A DNA stretch of 64,000 nt from Anthoceros angustus. Lineage: Eukaryota > Plantae > Anthocerotophyta. Under the pieces are notes generated by a model that was not told the origin of the DNA, did not search any database, and saw only the letters and a program-made list of their open reading frames with translations. This document shows positions 14,701 to 25,559 of the stretch, in pieces. The position numbers and the translations under genes were made by a program. How positions within the stretch are numbered: position 1 is the first letter of the stretch; every line of letters begins with the position of its first letter. The stretch lies in NCBI GenBank assembly GCA_010909165.1, contig MU008190.1, positions 531,166 to 595,165 of the forward strand, given 5' to 3'.

Positions 14701-15203
14701 CGGTGATTCTATCAAGGCGCTCCAAGATCTTGAGACCATGCACGAAAATTACTTCCTCCACTTCCTCCTCTTCAACCACCTCCTTTGTTTCTTGGAGTTG
14801 AGCTAGATCCACCACTCCTGAAGGTCCAGCGTTGAGAAGGCCCAGTGCTGGTAGCTGAACTTGAATCGTGCTCCAGAAACGGTGCTTCCTCCTCGCTTTC
14901 CTCTTCACATACCAACTCTTCTTCAACCACCTCCTTTGTTTCGCTGTCGGTGATTTTGACGTCCCCTTCTCCAGAAGCGTTTTCTGCTGGATCACTTGGC
15001 TCCCCCTTGTAGGCAAGGGCAAAAACGGCCTCCTCCTCAAGCGCCCTTAGCTCTTCCTCCTCCTGGAGCCGGCGTGCAACCACCGCTGCGTTTTCCTCCC
15101 TCCATTGATTTCTTCTTGCAGCTCTTAGATCTCTTGCAGTAACAGGTGGGGGTGACCTCCTATGGTTTTCTCCTCTCCCCCTCCCTCTGCTAGACATCTG
15201 CAA
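11738..15203 (-). pseudogene. Deleted gag-pol remnant of the non-autonomous element: duplicated pre-Gag segment, Gag core fragment, RH-IN linker insert, IN N- and C-terminal stubs
   Basis: GEEQGEDDEAFVQTFEHVTHANLE (Gag core, ~13700); HENA..FISR-type junction at ~13260; KKILDAG stub at ~12220; RWMGPYEVV at ~11880. Confidence 0.8.
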
Positions 15204-15437
15204 GCATCCTCATAGCCTCCAAAACACGGTTGTTAAAGAAAAATCAGCCAACCGCCGCGCGCCATTCTTGCTGCGGAACACAAAATCACACCATTCGGAG
15301 GCGTGGGCTCCTCCTTCACAACGCACAGGTTCCAGGACGTGTAGGCTTCTTCCTAGACCCCGCTCCACCTCCTTACAAGATCTTCTCAGCTCATCTGCAA
15401 GCTAGCAACGAAAATCTCAAAATTTCATTTAGCCAAG

Positions 15438-15451
15438 TCCCGCAAGCGCCA
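15438..15451 (-). other. Primer-binding site (tRNA-Asp type, degenerate)
   Basis: TGGCGCTTGCGGGA after TTTT at the LTR end. Confidence 0.75.
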
Positions 15452-16582
15452 AAAATGTGGGAGGAAAACCCGGGGCACTCCGAGATTCCCCTCTAGCGGC
15501 CACACTTATCCCATCGTTTCGAGACGTTGGGTTTCGTCCCATGAGACTTGGGGAACGGAATCTTGAGAAATCCGTCACTACTGCAGCTACACACTACCTC
15601 AGCCTTCTAAACAAGCAAGGCGCCCTCTCACGCTCCCTCTACAGCAGCTCGCCCGTCGCTTAAACTCACCAAACCTCAACCTACAACGACACCACACACC
15701 GGTGTTACGTCTTAGAAGGTGTCTATCACGGGCGCCAGGACCCCGACCCACACCGCAACCGTCCCTACTCCTAAGACACTCTTCTCCACACGGGAGCGCC
15801 CTCTTACTTGCAGTTGGGATTCGTCCCTTAGGCTCACTGTGGCCTTAGTTTTCCTACACTCTAATCCTCCTCACAACTCTCTCAATCAACAACGCCCTCT
15901 TCTTCTCTACTCATCTACCCTTCCTTCCTCCACAATCTCCTACTCTAACACCAATTGCTGGCTCATTAATTCCAACTCGCCCTTACGGCACAGCCTGGGG
16001 TCCGTCAGGAATTGAGTTCTTCCTTGGGCGGTTGCTATGTGGTTTGCACGATGAGAACCTCCGAGTCTTTCCTGCAGTCTACCCTCAAGCCGAGAGTTCC
16101 TTGAGCATCGCCACACACTCAAAGCAAAACAATTCACAACCATTCACAAGGGAGCTAGCGGGCGCTGCAAAGAGCAAGCCCTCCACCCGGCACTCCGACG
16201 CGTTCTCCTCTCTACGGACAACTGCGTTGGCTTGCGGCGGCGAAATTCACACAAAGTGAAGGACTCGGGAGGATGGGGCGCAAGACACGATAATTTTACT
16301 TCACAAGCTCCTCCTTTTATAGGGAGGTCCTCACATACAGCCTCCTCCTCAAGCGCCCTTAGCTCTTCCTCCTCCTTATTTTAGTGTATCCTATTGTCGA
16401 CTTTAAGTTCGACATCCAAGCATCTTGGGTAAAATTCTATTCTAGCAAATTCACCTATGTGAGCCTTAATGGCTCCAACATTCCTATCTAGCTAGTCAAC
16501 ACACTCTCTGGTGACAAGCATTAATGCTGTCCTCCTCTAAAGAAAAGTCTTCCCAAGTGGCATCTTGCCCCATGTCTTCAAG

Positions 16583-19397
16583 CTAATTTAAGGACTTCTT
16601 ATGAATCCCTTCCTTATCTTGATGCCTATCTTGAGTTCCTTCCTCCAATAAAATAGCCGGGCTCTCTTAGCCAGGCTCATCCTCGACTTCTCCTCTTCCT
16701 CTCACTTGTGGAGCAAGTGAGCTCCTTGCTGCACCCATGTTAGGAGGTTGGTCTTCTCCTTGTGATTCTTGCTCCATTCTGCAAGATCAACCCCTCTTCC
16801 TTCTTTCTGCAAGGGCCAAGGTACTCGCCTCCCTTGCCGTCAAATCCATGCTAGCGACCTTGAATCCTGCTTCTTCCGGCCCTCCTACCATGGTAGGACC
16901 TTCTCCTACCACGGTAGGAACTCCTCCTACCAGTAGGAGTTCCTACCGGTCGTTTCTTCTTCCTTACCCCTTCACAGGGTGATTCTCTCCACACGGGAGC
17001 GCCCTCTTCTTCCTTACCCCTTCACAGGGTGATTCTCTCCACAGTGCGAGTTCTTCACCCTTGCTTGGGACACTCTCCAAGTCTAAGGCTTCCGGTTGGA
17101 CTTGCATGAGGGCCTCCCTATCATCGTCATGAGGTCCCAACATCCTCCTCTCGAAGTCGCAACAACTCGTTAGTGGCCTTGAGCACCTTGTTGTGAAGAT
17201 GGGCTGCAAATCGTTGTTGTGCCATCTCCAATTCTTCGTAATCCTCAAGCCATACTCCATGCTCACACTTGCTTTTGTAAGCATCTCGCTCAAGGCCAGC
17301 TCACGGTCTTGACATGGAGAGCCACATTCTCCGTCCTCTCATTGCGGTTGGCGGATCAATCTCTCTTGTAGGGCATAATCAGCCCGAAATCTCTCCTCAC
17401 CGCCAACATATGCACCACCGCCTCATGACGGCCTTTCTCCTTTGCCATTTCTTCCTCCAACTCCCTATCCTCCTAGGGAGTTGTGCATTCTCCGTTCTTT
17501 GGACTTCTCGTTCCATTTCCAATCTTTGGACAAAATGTGTCCGTTCTTCCAGCTCTTCTTCCTTCAATTCCAGCCTCCGTGATTTCTCCCAGCTCCTTTT
17601 CCATGTCACTAATCTTCACGGCTGTGTGGCTATGACCCGCTCATGTGCGCCTACTTGCCTTTGTCTGCCCTCATTTCTGGAGATTGCTCTCGTCTTGACC
17701 TTTCCTCCATTAGCAGCACTTGCTTGTCTTCCGCCTTCTTTTCCATGTGCGCACCATGTGAGCAAGTTGCTCCACCTTCTCCTCTCGAGCTGCCAATTGC
17801 TTGGTAAGAGCCTTGTTCTCCGAATATGATTGTTTGCCTCCTGCCTTGTTTCAAGACTCTTTCCAAGTGCTCCACTTGAGCTTCCATCCTCATAACATCC
17901 TCCGCCACTGGGTTTCCGCTCGCCTACCCAATTTCCCTTGCTTGGTAGGTCCTTGTCTTCTCGCCTCCGTCTTCAAGAATTCAACTCTCCTCTTGGCGGC
18001 TCCTATGTCTACCTTGCTGAACATCTCCCTATGCAGCATCTCCTCCAACATGTCTAAGTCTCCTTTCTTACCTCCGGAGACTCAAGGCCTTTGCCTTGCT
18101 CATGGGATCTTACATCCCTTGCTTCCCTATGATGAGCTCCCGCTCATCACTTGGTGGGGCAACTCCTCCACCGTGACTCCATCCGCTCGCCCACCTAGCA
18201 GGGCCGGTTGCCTTCTTATCTCCTCTTGGGAGCTTCCAAACCGTGACTTCCTTTCCCTCCTACCGTGGTAGGAGGTGCTCCAGTAGGACTACTTCCTACC
18301 GTGGTAGGACTAATTCTGCCACCGTAGGCCTTGTCATGAGAGGACGAAGGGGTCCCAAACCACTGGGAACACCTCCCACCCTCGCGGGATTCTGCCATGG
18401 TAGGATCTATCCTACCTTCCATCTCCGCATCCTCCGCGGTCCAAACTTCAAATCCCCTACAACTTCTCCTTGCAAGTCCTCCACGCATCCTCCGGCCTAT
18501 CTTTCGGAGGATTCCTTCCGGCAATAATGTCCCGGTGGTGCCGCACCTCCTTTAGCAAAGCACCAAGCACTCCTGTCCCTCTCACGGCGTAAGTACACAA
18601 TGTTAAAGGGATGCTTGGAATCATCCAACTCCTTACTTGTGAGTAGCCCTCTACTTCCCACAAATGCACTAGATAAGTGCTAAGATAGCATGGCCTGACC
18701 TGTTCTTCATCCGACGCGTTGGGTTTCGAACTTTTCCTGGTAGGTGTATGCTTCATACATGATGAGCCCCAATCCGGCTCTCTTGAGTGATCTTCCATAG
18801 AAAATGGAGGAAGGTAGTGCTGAAATATGACACCCTTGGATTGCTCACCAAGCCCAAAACAATTCTTGTGAACAATCTCCACTTGGGCTCCAAGATTTGG
18901 TCCGTCCGCCAACCGTTCTTGGACTTAGCCTTCATGCCCCTTGCATAAGTGTAAGGGCTCCCTTGGGAAGATCCGCCGTTGATGCACGCTTGCCTCCTCG
19001 TTCCTTCCATCAACGTGATTCCGCTATCCTCGCTATCCGGCTGCCATATACAGCGTATGCTCCTTACAATCCAACACCGTGGATCCGTCTGCGCGTTCCT
19101 ATCAAGGCAGCCAATTCCTCCGTCTCCGAAATTAGCAAAACACTCCTCTATCAATTCAAGGTTGGTGTAAGACCAATGCCATACACCCACTCTAGCTGAA
19201 TATTCTCCTCTGCTGCCCAAGGTCGAAAGTCGAAAGGTCTCTAGAGGATAGCTCATAGCACGTAAATAAGGCATGTCAAATTTCCTCCTCAGTCTGATCC
19301 TCCGCCTTAGACCTCTTGCTCCTCGCGCCACCTCCTTGGTGGACGCTCCTTCCTTAGCTACTACCTCCTTGCCCTTGGTCATGGTAGGCTTGGTCAT
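16583..19397 (-). pseudogene. Copy of the LTR (U3) ORF, frameshifted in this assembly
   Basis: ORF 18753..19676 gives the N-terminal part (MTKPTM...LVSNPRVSYFSTTFLHFLWKITQ); coiled-coil fragments lie at 16964-17908. Confidence 0.72.
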
Positions 19398-20194
19398 GGC
19401 CTCCTTGGTTAGTACTTGCACGAAATTGAAGAAAAGTGATGCCTCCTGCAATTCCTGCACTCCAGCCTTCCTATCCTTGCAAACGCGTTTCTCCTCCTTG
19501 ATTTGCTCTTGCTCACAGCTCAAAGGTCCTTGCCCTTGCTCTCCTCCTGCAGTCCTTACACCTTGGCGTCCCAAACCCCGATTTCTCCTGAGAGAAAGCT
19601 CACCAAAATTCCCCGGACTCTTACACCACAGCAATTTAGGAGCCCTTCCTGCACGGTTTCCTAGCAATCTTGCCACGCTCCACCCTCCTAGGCACCCTCA
19701 CGAGCTTGGCAAGTGTTGGGTTGCGCCCAACCTTCTTCTCCTTCTCTTCTTTCTCTCCTCCTTCTTCCTCTCTTGGGCTGGCGGATTTACGCCTCCTTGC
19801 CCTTGCTCTCCTCCTTCTCCTCCTTACAGGCGCGTGTACGGGGTGCTGTATGGGGGCCTTGGGCAGCTTGAGGTGTGGCGCCTTCTGTGAGGTCTCCTCA
19901 AGTTTCGAGTTGTGGCCTCTGCACTGCACCACTTTTATAAGTCACCCAAGGGTTAGAAAAGTAACTACCATTCTATCCTGCCCTTGGATGTGTGCCACGT
20001 GGCCCCTTTCTCACCGTTGATGTTAGTTTCCTAATTCCTTATACTAAAATACCATTTCCCTATTTTTCTAATTTCTAACTGAAAATTAGCCTCTAATTTC
20101 TTAATTACCTATTTTGGCCTATTTATCTAGTCCACTAAAAGACTATATAGCAAGCCTATCCTGCCTAAAACATAAGCTACTTTCCTTAGAACCT

Positions 20195-20435
20195 ATCTCC
20201 CACCGTGGTAGGACATCCTCCTACCATGGCTGCCTTTCTCCTACCACGGTAGGAGTTTCTCCTCGGTAGGATACCTTCCTACCCTCTCCTACCATGGTAG
20301 GAGCAATTCCCACACCGGTAGGTGATCAAAACACTAGGTGGTCATTCTCCTACGGTGGTAGGATCTCTCCTACCCTCGTCTACCATGGTAGGAGTTTCTC
20401 CTACCACGGTAGGACACCTCCTACCACTCATGTAG
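20195..20435. repeat. Array of CCTACCnnGGTAGG palindromes (LTR copy)
   Basis: Same array as 33600-33845. Confidence 0.8.
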
Positions 20436-20635
20436 GTTACCTTTTCTCCTCACCAAGGTCGTTTTGACCCGTTTCTTTTCCTGCATATCCTCTTTGCCTT
20501 CCCGACATGGTCCTACAACTCCCGCTCAAAAGGAGCAAAAATTTCCTTGCATGTCTTCACCAAACCATTTCTAGCAAAGAGTGTGGGCTGTTCAAACGAA
20601 CTCATTTAAGCTTGTTGCCCAAACTTTATGCTCCA

Positions 20636-21295
20636 TTCTGGTGAATTGTTTGCTTTGAGTGTGTGCGATGCTCAAGGAACTCTGGCTTGAGGGTAGACTA
20701 GGGAAAAGACCCCTGGAGGTTCTCACCTGCACAAACCACATAGCAACCGGCCCAAGGAAGAACTCATTGATTTTGACGGACTCAGTACCACCTTGAAGTT
20801 GGAATTAATGAGCCAAACGTGTTAGAGTAGGAGATCGTGGAAGGAAAAGATTAGATGAGTAGAGAAGAGGAGAGCGTATTGAGAAGGTTGTGAAGAAGAT
20901 TAGAGTGTAGGAAAAGTGGAAGGCCAAAGCGAGCTCACGGAAATCCCAAATCAGAGTAAGAGGCGCCCTTGTGGAGAAGTCGGTCTTAGGTGTGACAAAA
21001 TCGGTCAGGGGTCCCCAGGCGCCTTCACTGTGCTAAGGCATGACCCAATTGTGTTGTGTCGTGTAGGTGAATTAGGGAATTTCCTGAGCAGCGGTGGTGC
21101 AGATCTGGAAGAGTAGTGGGCGCCTTGCTTGTTGAGGAGGCTGAGGTAGTGTGTAGATGTAGGCAATAATTGATCTCCTAAGATTCGACCGTTCACACAA
21201 GTCTCATGGAACGAAACCCAACGTATGAAACGACAGTGGGATAAGTGTGGCCACTAGAGGGTGAATCTTGGAAGCCCTGGGATTTTCCTCCCACA
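20636..21295 (+). repeat. Diverged 3' part (R/U5) of an older LTR of the same Gypsy family, in opposite orientation
   Basis: Homologous to ~37940-38625 with many substitutions; ends CCTCCCACA at 21295 with no PBS after it. Confidence 0.85.
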
Positions 21296-22060
21296 AGCAT
21301 CTTGTAGCACAATAATAGGGACTCTTGCCTGGTTAGTACTCTCTTCCCCTCAGGATTCCTCCAGGGGATCAAAAGCATCATTCACGGTAGCCAATTGAAC
21401 ATGCACACTGGACAACAATTCACAAAAACTCGCAATTCCAACTCACATGGTTAGGCAATAACCAAATCATGAACACTAGGGAGCCTACATCTTTTTTACC
21501 TCAGCTACATGTGCCTCTATTTGATAATCCCTAGGCCGACGGCATGCACATGTCCTTTTTTCTACCAACTTGAGCATTGCCAAGAGGGGCTATTGTATGG
21601 CAAAAGTAATAGGAGCCATATTTTTATCCCATACAAGTGCCCTTGTTTGATAACACCTAGTGACTGCACATGCCCTTTCCTCACTTGAGCTCATTGCGAA
21701 AGAGGCTTTACAAGTGTGAGTTTCGCAACGGTAATGAGCGCACTAATCGCCGTAGTATGGGGTCTGGTTCCAAGGAATGACCCGCTTTTACTATTTTCCC
21801 ACTCGGATGCCTAACTTATGCTCCTACCATTGACGGAAACTCTTCACAATCCCATGCTCATGGGGGAGGAGGAGGGGACGGGGAGGGACGTGGGAGGATT
21901 CACAAGTCACAACCCCTCGCCGGATACTACTAGTGAGCGAATACCCAAGCGAGCACGAGCGACTCATTTCAATCACCCTTCCAACAAACCGGACCCACGT
22001 ACTACCTTCCACATCACCAAGATAACAATCCGAGCCAATGTACTGCCTGTGTGCCTACTT

Positions 22061-22336
22061 TGTTGGGAGAATCATAGCTGTGGTAGCAAAACACAGCAAA
22101 GATAGTAGAAAGCTTTGCACAAAGAGTTGTATGCATTGATTATAATAGAAAGTACAAAAGCCTTTATATAGGCTAGGGTTATAACCATAAGGTGGTTGTA
22201 ACCATAAGTAGTTCTAACCTCTAAGTGGTTGTAACAACTAACTACTCATTAAACTACCTAAAGCCCTAAGAACTAAATTAATTAATAGCCTTAGGTGCCC
22301 TAGTGAAGAGTGCCCTAAATAGGTCATATTTCATCA
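22061..22336 (-). repeat. Copia A family 3' LTR (~276 bp), with PPT (AGTGAGTGGGGAG) at 22337-22349
   Basis: TG...CA termini; near-identical to 61434-61715. Confidence 0.85.
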
Positions 22337-24925
22337 CTCCCCACTCACTATGAACTAGGTGTGAAGAATAGCTTCAAAATGAGACTAAAAGGCTAGTTAG
22401 CTCCCACTAACTTGAAAGCTATCCGCTAACTAAGAAAACAATTAAAAACTGGCTTACATTTAAGCAGAATTAATGTAATCAAAATTAATTACCAAAAACT
22501 TAATTAGGAAATGGTAAATTCCTAAACAAGGTAAAAGATAAAAGTAAAACTTAAACTAGGTTAATCTTAGTAAAAACCATAGGTAAAAGTTAAAAAACTT
22601 AAAGGGTAAAATGAAAACCCATTAATGTAATGCCGGGCCATATGATGCCGTCATGCCCATGGGGGTCATACTGCATGTACCCTCCCCATACGGTTTTATT
22701 CCTCCTCCTCGCCTCCCGCCTCGCGCCTCCCGCCTCCCGCTCATGAAGACAAAGGGAGTGCGCAAAACGGCGGGGGCGGCGCCGCGGAGGAGCGCGCCGC
22801 GCCCCCGCCCGCCCATGTACCTCGGATCACCGCGCGTGGTGCGCAAGTAATGGTGCCCGCAAGGAAGAAGGGTGGAGGGGCGGGAGGGACGCGCCTCCGA
22901 GAGCACGCCCCCGGGCAGGTGTGATCCTCCACCGCATCTAAATGGATTCCAACCTTTGTGAGAGCCCACCACGTTTCTGTGGGATGAAGTGGTGACCTGT
23001 GGTTGAAGAAGTCACCGGGAGAGGTGCAGGAGGTCGCCAATTGATGTGTGAGTGCCATATGCGGAGTGTCTCACCCAAGCCGGAGATTAGAAAGATGTCG
23101 CCCATGTCTTGTCTCAATGTCTCAAAAGTGCCTGCTAATCCCCAACATGCTCCAGCATATGTCACACCATGCGTGTGCGGAGAGATCGTCGAGGAAGATT
23201 CATAAAGCTCTGTGGAGGAAGAAATCGCAGATTGTTCTCTCTCGATACAAGTGCCTTGGAAGAATCTTCATTGAAGGGCTTCGCTCACTGATGAAGGAGG
23301 CTGAAATCTCAAGTAAGGCATGTGTAGCAAGGCATTCTCGTGAAGGGAGGCACCTTGAGCAGGATGCCCCCCCTTTGTCATGAGGAGACCTAGTTGTAAG
23401 CTGTGGGCATCTTCAAATGACCATTTTCCAGTTTCAAAAATATTAATTGTGATGAATTTTCTGATACTATTTTCGCAGATTTATGTATGGAAAATTATGG
23501 GAAAAAGGAAAATGAAATGAAAATGAAGAAAATGAGAAAAATGAAAAGGTAGACATGCTTTTGTGACTCTAAAAGGTGTTCTAACTTATTTTTCTCTTGC
23601 TAAAAACTTGCCATTTTAGGTTTCTTTTCCGCTCAAGAAGACATAGGATATAGGAAACATAGGGTTCTCGAAACCCGCATATATCCCAAGGGTGATGATG
23701 TGAAGCTCATCTATATAATCACTAATATGAAAGGGCGGGCCGACGCATACCATGCTCCTATGTTTGCCGTGAAACTAAGATACATGATACGGGTTATGTC
23801 TGAAGAATTTACATATGATCCATGTCTATCGTGAGTATTCCGAGGATGAAGAGAATATGAAAAGTTTTAATTAGCAAAATATTATTTAATATTTTAATAT
23901 TATTTTCTAGAGACCTCAACTATGTATGAAGGAGAGGAGAGGATACGAGGCCTATGTTAAGATTGAGGATGATTGTAAGACTTAGAATAGAATATTGGAT
24001 TACTAAGGTTATCTTAAGTAGACCAATTTAGCTAGGATGAACTATGGAGGCTTAGACAATGTGTCCAATATACCTAAACATTTCATATGTTTCTGCGTTC
24101 AATGCCTAGTGACTTTGTTAATAAATCACATTATCTAAAGTTTGAACATAACTAATATCTATAGTTTTATCCTCTATTTTCTCATGATATAATGATATTC
24201 GATGAATATGTTTAGTTCTAGAGTGGAAGAGGGTTCCTTGACAAGGCTATAGCTCCGACTATCACTCAACAACAAGGTGGGCTTTTCGCTTGTGATGAAG
24301 TTCACTCAAGGTTAGCCTAGTCCATACTATGTCTTTAGCAACCGAGGTTAGTACTCTACACTACCGGGACAAGGCTATGGTTGGTTGTTTCTTTGACCAG
24401 ATATTGGTGCTCCCACAGCGTAACTCGATACGGACCGCGGTGTGTCACATAGTGTCGTAATGTCAACGCCTTTATGCTCGGTGTATACTTGAATGTCAAT
24501 GTGCATGGTACCCTTGAGGTATCTCGAATATGCGCTTAGTTGACATCCGTTCACGCCTGTGGTTCTCGTGAATTGTGAACAGGAGCGACTTGAAAGATAT
24601 ATCCGGTCGAGTGAAGTTGGATAAATATATATGTGCCAACAAAGATGTCGATATGGGACGCGACATTTCCAACTTGTCAGTTGTCTTTGGACTCATATCC
24701 ATGGTAAGCGACCGCTAGCAAAGGTGTAGGTGTTTGCATCTTCAAGTCCAAACTTGGTTAAACTCTTTAATGTACTTGGTTTGAACAATACTCGAGTCTT
24801 GTTTGCTCGATCTCTAATAATGTTGACACCAAGTGCATATGTCATTTCTCCTAAATCGACATTTAAAAAGTCTTGAGCCGCCTTTTGATCTCGGCTAGGA
24901 GAGTAAGAGTGGCCATGAATACGTC
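22061..24925 (-). mobile_element. Ty1/Copia family A 3' fragment: 3' LTR, PPT, long 3' region, RNase H and RT C-terminus
   Basis: LTR matches 61434-61715; DLGEMTYALGVNI and LIYLSNFTRPDI-type RT/RH motifs; ~23715-24925 duplicates ~30037-31310. Confidence 0.85.
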
Positions 24926-25257
24926 GACACCGGTAGGTGATCAAAACACTAGCAGTGGTCATCCTCCCAGGTGGTAGGATCTCTCCTACCGCTCACCATG
25001 GTAGGAGTTTCTCCTACGTGGTAGGACACCTCCTACCACTCATGTAGGCTACCTTTCTCCTCACCAGGTCGCTTTGACCCGCTTTTCCCTGCATATCCTC
25101 TCTTCCCGACATGGTCCTACAACTCCCGCTCAAAAGGAGCAAAAAATTTCTTTGCATGTCTTCACACCAAACCATTCCTAGCAAAAAGAAAAGTATGGGT
25201 CTCGCTCCAGCAAACTCATTTAAGGTCATGTTCCGCCCAATCTTTTGCAGATTCCAT
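24926..25257 (-). repeat. Fragment of the Gypsy LTR 5' end with part of the palindrome array
   Basis: Matches ~33395-33720 in reverse complement; joined abruptly to Copia RT. Confidence 0.8.
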
Positions 25258-25559
25258 GTTTTGATTGGTGCACTTTGCATGGTAATCCATAATTAGTTGC
25301 TTCAACTTCTACTTGCGTTCAGATTGCGGAGGGGCAGATGGATTCTCATCATGACACTTACCAGCCAATCGCCTTCCTTGCCTCGTCTTCAAAGGAGATC
25401 TGGACAAGCCATGTTTTCCCTTCTTCTTCTTCCTCCCTTGTGCTACCGTGCAACAGCCTTCAGGCTGCCCCAAGGTCCTCTCTCTGGGACGAGGAGGGTG
25501 ATCTTCTTCCTCAAACTCCTCGTAGTCCGGAAGACTGCCGCGCCCACAAATGTATACAT

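Larger units (their letters stand above)
1..20635 (-). mobile_element. Tandem array of a non-autonomous Athila-like Gypsy derivative (LTR-internal-LTR-internal), continuing beyond the left window edge
   Basis: Two copies of the LTR of the 33395-59493 element (4418-11724 and 15456-~20635). The middle LTR has a PPT on one side and a PBS on the other. The internal regions lack PR, RT, RH and the IN core. Confidence 0.88.
15456..20635 (-). repeat. Gypsy LTR (~5.2 kb), 5'-most LTR of the tandem array
   Basis: Colinear with 33395-38625. The terminus near 20635 is noisy (aaactttatgctcca vs aaacttttgcgttccaca). Confidence 0.9.

Noticed and set aside
21500-21745. Degenerate ~125-bp tandem duplication
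   Set aside because: Real but short, in noisy sequence, with no interpretable function.
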